Positions 55,662 through 56,260 of a stretch of DNA of 56,260 nucleotides are shown here, one piece after another (position 1 is the first letter of the stretch; every line of letters begins with the position of its first letter). The stretch lies in the IMG/VR virus record IMGVR_UViG_3300016471_000620, positions 1 through 56,260 of that record. One strand, 5' to 3'. Source of the stretch: a virus (Duplodnaviria; Caudoviricetes). The notes under the pieces are model-generated. The model had not been told where the DNA came from. It was given only the letters and a program-made list of their open reading frames with translations, and did no database searches. The position numbers and the translations under genes are program-made.

Positions 55662-56260
55662 ATGACCGAGTCGGAAACGGCCACCACGCCGCAGCAGCCA
55701 GCGTCCATCGCGTTTGATCCCGCGCCACTTCTGGCGGCCGTCCGGCAGTCCGTGACCGAGCTGGTGGCCCCGATCCAGCAGGCCCAAACGGCTCTTGCCC
55801 AGCGGGTCGAATCCCTCGCAGCCCCCCAGCCCCAGGCGGCTGCCGCAGCATCGCGACTGTTCGGGGCCCCGGGAGCGGCCCCCGGCATTCGGCAGGGCGA
55901 GGACCCGATGTCGTCTCGCGGGTTCCAGTACTCGCGGGCGGCGGGCATGTTTTCGGGCGTCATCCCGTCCGACCAATGCAAGGTCGAACGGCAGATGCAC
56001 GAACTGCTGTCGGTCCACATGCGCCGGCTGGGATTCAGCCCCGAAGGCGACCGGTCGATGTTGTTTCCACTCTGGATCGACGCGATCCCGGGCCTGACCG
56101 AACAGCAGACCGCCGAGATCCGCGAGACCGTGCGGCAGGGTGCTGTCGGCTGCGATCCGGGCGAGTTGCGTTCCATCGTCCAGCGGTCCCGCAACGTGGC
56201 TGTCGCCCAGGGGCTGTCGCAGTACGACGACACCGGTCTCGGCGTGTTGCTGGGCGCGAC
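55662..56260 (+). CDS. Major capsid protein, N-terminal part (continues at position 1)
   Basis: ATG at 55662 after GGAGA; open to the window end; the junction codon AC|G joins in frame to ORF 2..892 (...QYDDTGLGVLLGAT-MQGDLIELIRAREV). Follows the prohead protease. Confidence 0.9.
   Translation, partial: MTESETATTPQQPASIAFDPAPLLAAVRQSVTELVAPIQQAQTALAQRVESLAAPQPQAAAAASRLFGAPGAAPGIRQGEDPMSSRGFQYSRAAGMFSGVIPSDQCKVERQMHELLSVHMRRLGFSPEGDRSMLFPLWIDAIPGLTEQQTAEIRETVRQGAVGCDPGELRSIVQRSRNVAVAQGLSQYDDTGLGVLLGA

Noticed and set aside
1-56260. CRISPR array or mini-array
   Set aside because: No regularly spaced direct repeats with unique spacers were seen. The repeated palindromes are dispersed promoter operators, and the Cas4-like gene sits in a recombination operon.

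Overview
This window looks like a complete, circularly permuted ~56.3 kb temperate siphovirus genome. The HK97-type major capsid ORF starts at 55662 and continues in frame across the end/start junction to 892. A Planctomycetota host is inferred, not proven, from the CsrA homolog, the integrase type and the Ycf46/DUF1257/DUF2997 module. Gene order: head and tail genes (1-15.3 kb); a glycosylation cassette with a GT9 heptosyltransferase-like enzyme, an FkbM methyltransferase and split HldA/HldC ADP-heptose enzymes (16-19.7 kb); an operator-controlled accessory block with an IbrA/YbdN-GNAT-IbrB/YbdM module (20-27 kb); attP and tyrosine integrase; an excisionase-like gene, a tRNA(CAT) and csrA; recombination and replication genes with iterons; an AAA/DUF3150/DUF1257/DUF2997 module; RusA, two DNA methyltransferases and HNH; an XRE HTH; terminase, portal, MuF-metallopeptidase and prohead protease. 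The most notable observations are: (1) a candidate virion or host-surface heptosylation system; (2) an attP that is a T-arm-less tRNA-Ile2-like sequence overlapping the integrase stop codon; (3) a 56-nt element shared by the capsid and tail-tube leaders; (4) two terminator leaders whose loops pair with upstream sequence; (5) a 5-7 site promoter/operator regulon; (6) several tRNA-like RNAs. All family calls come from motif recognition by eye; no database searches were run.
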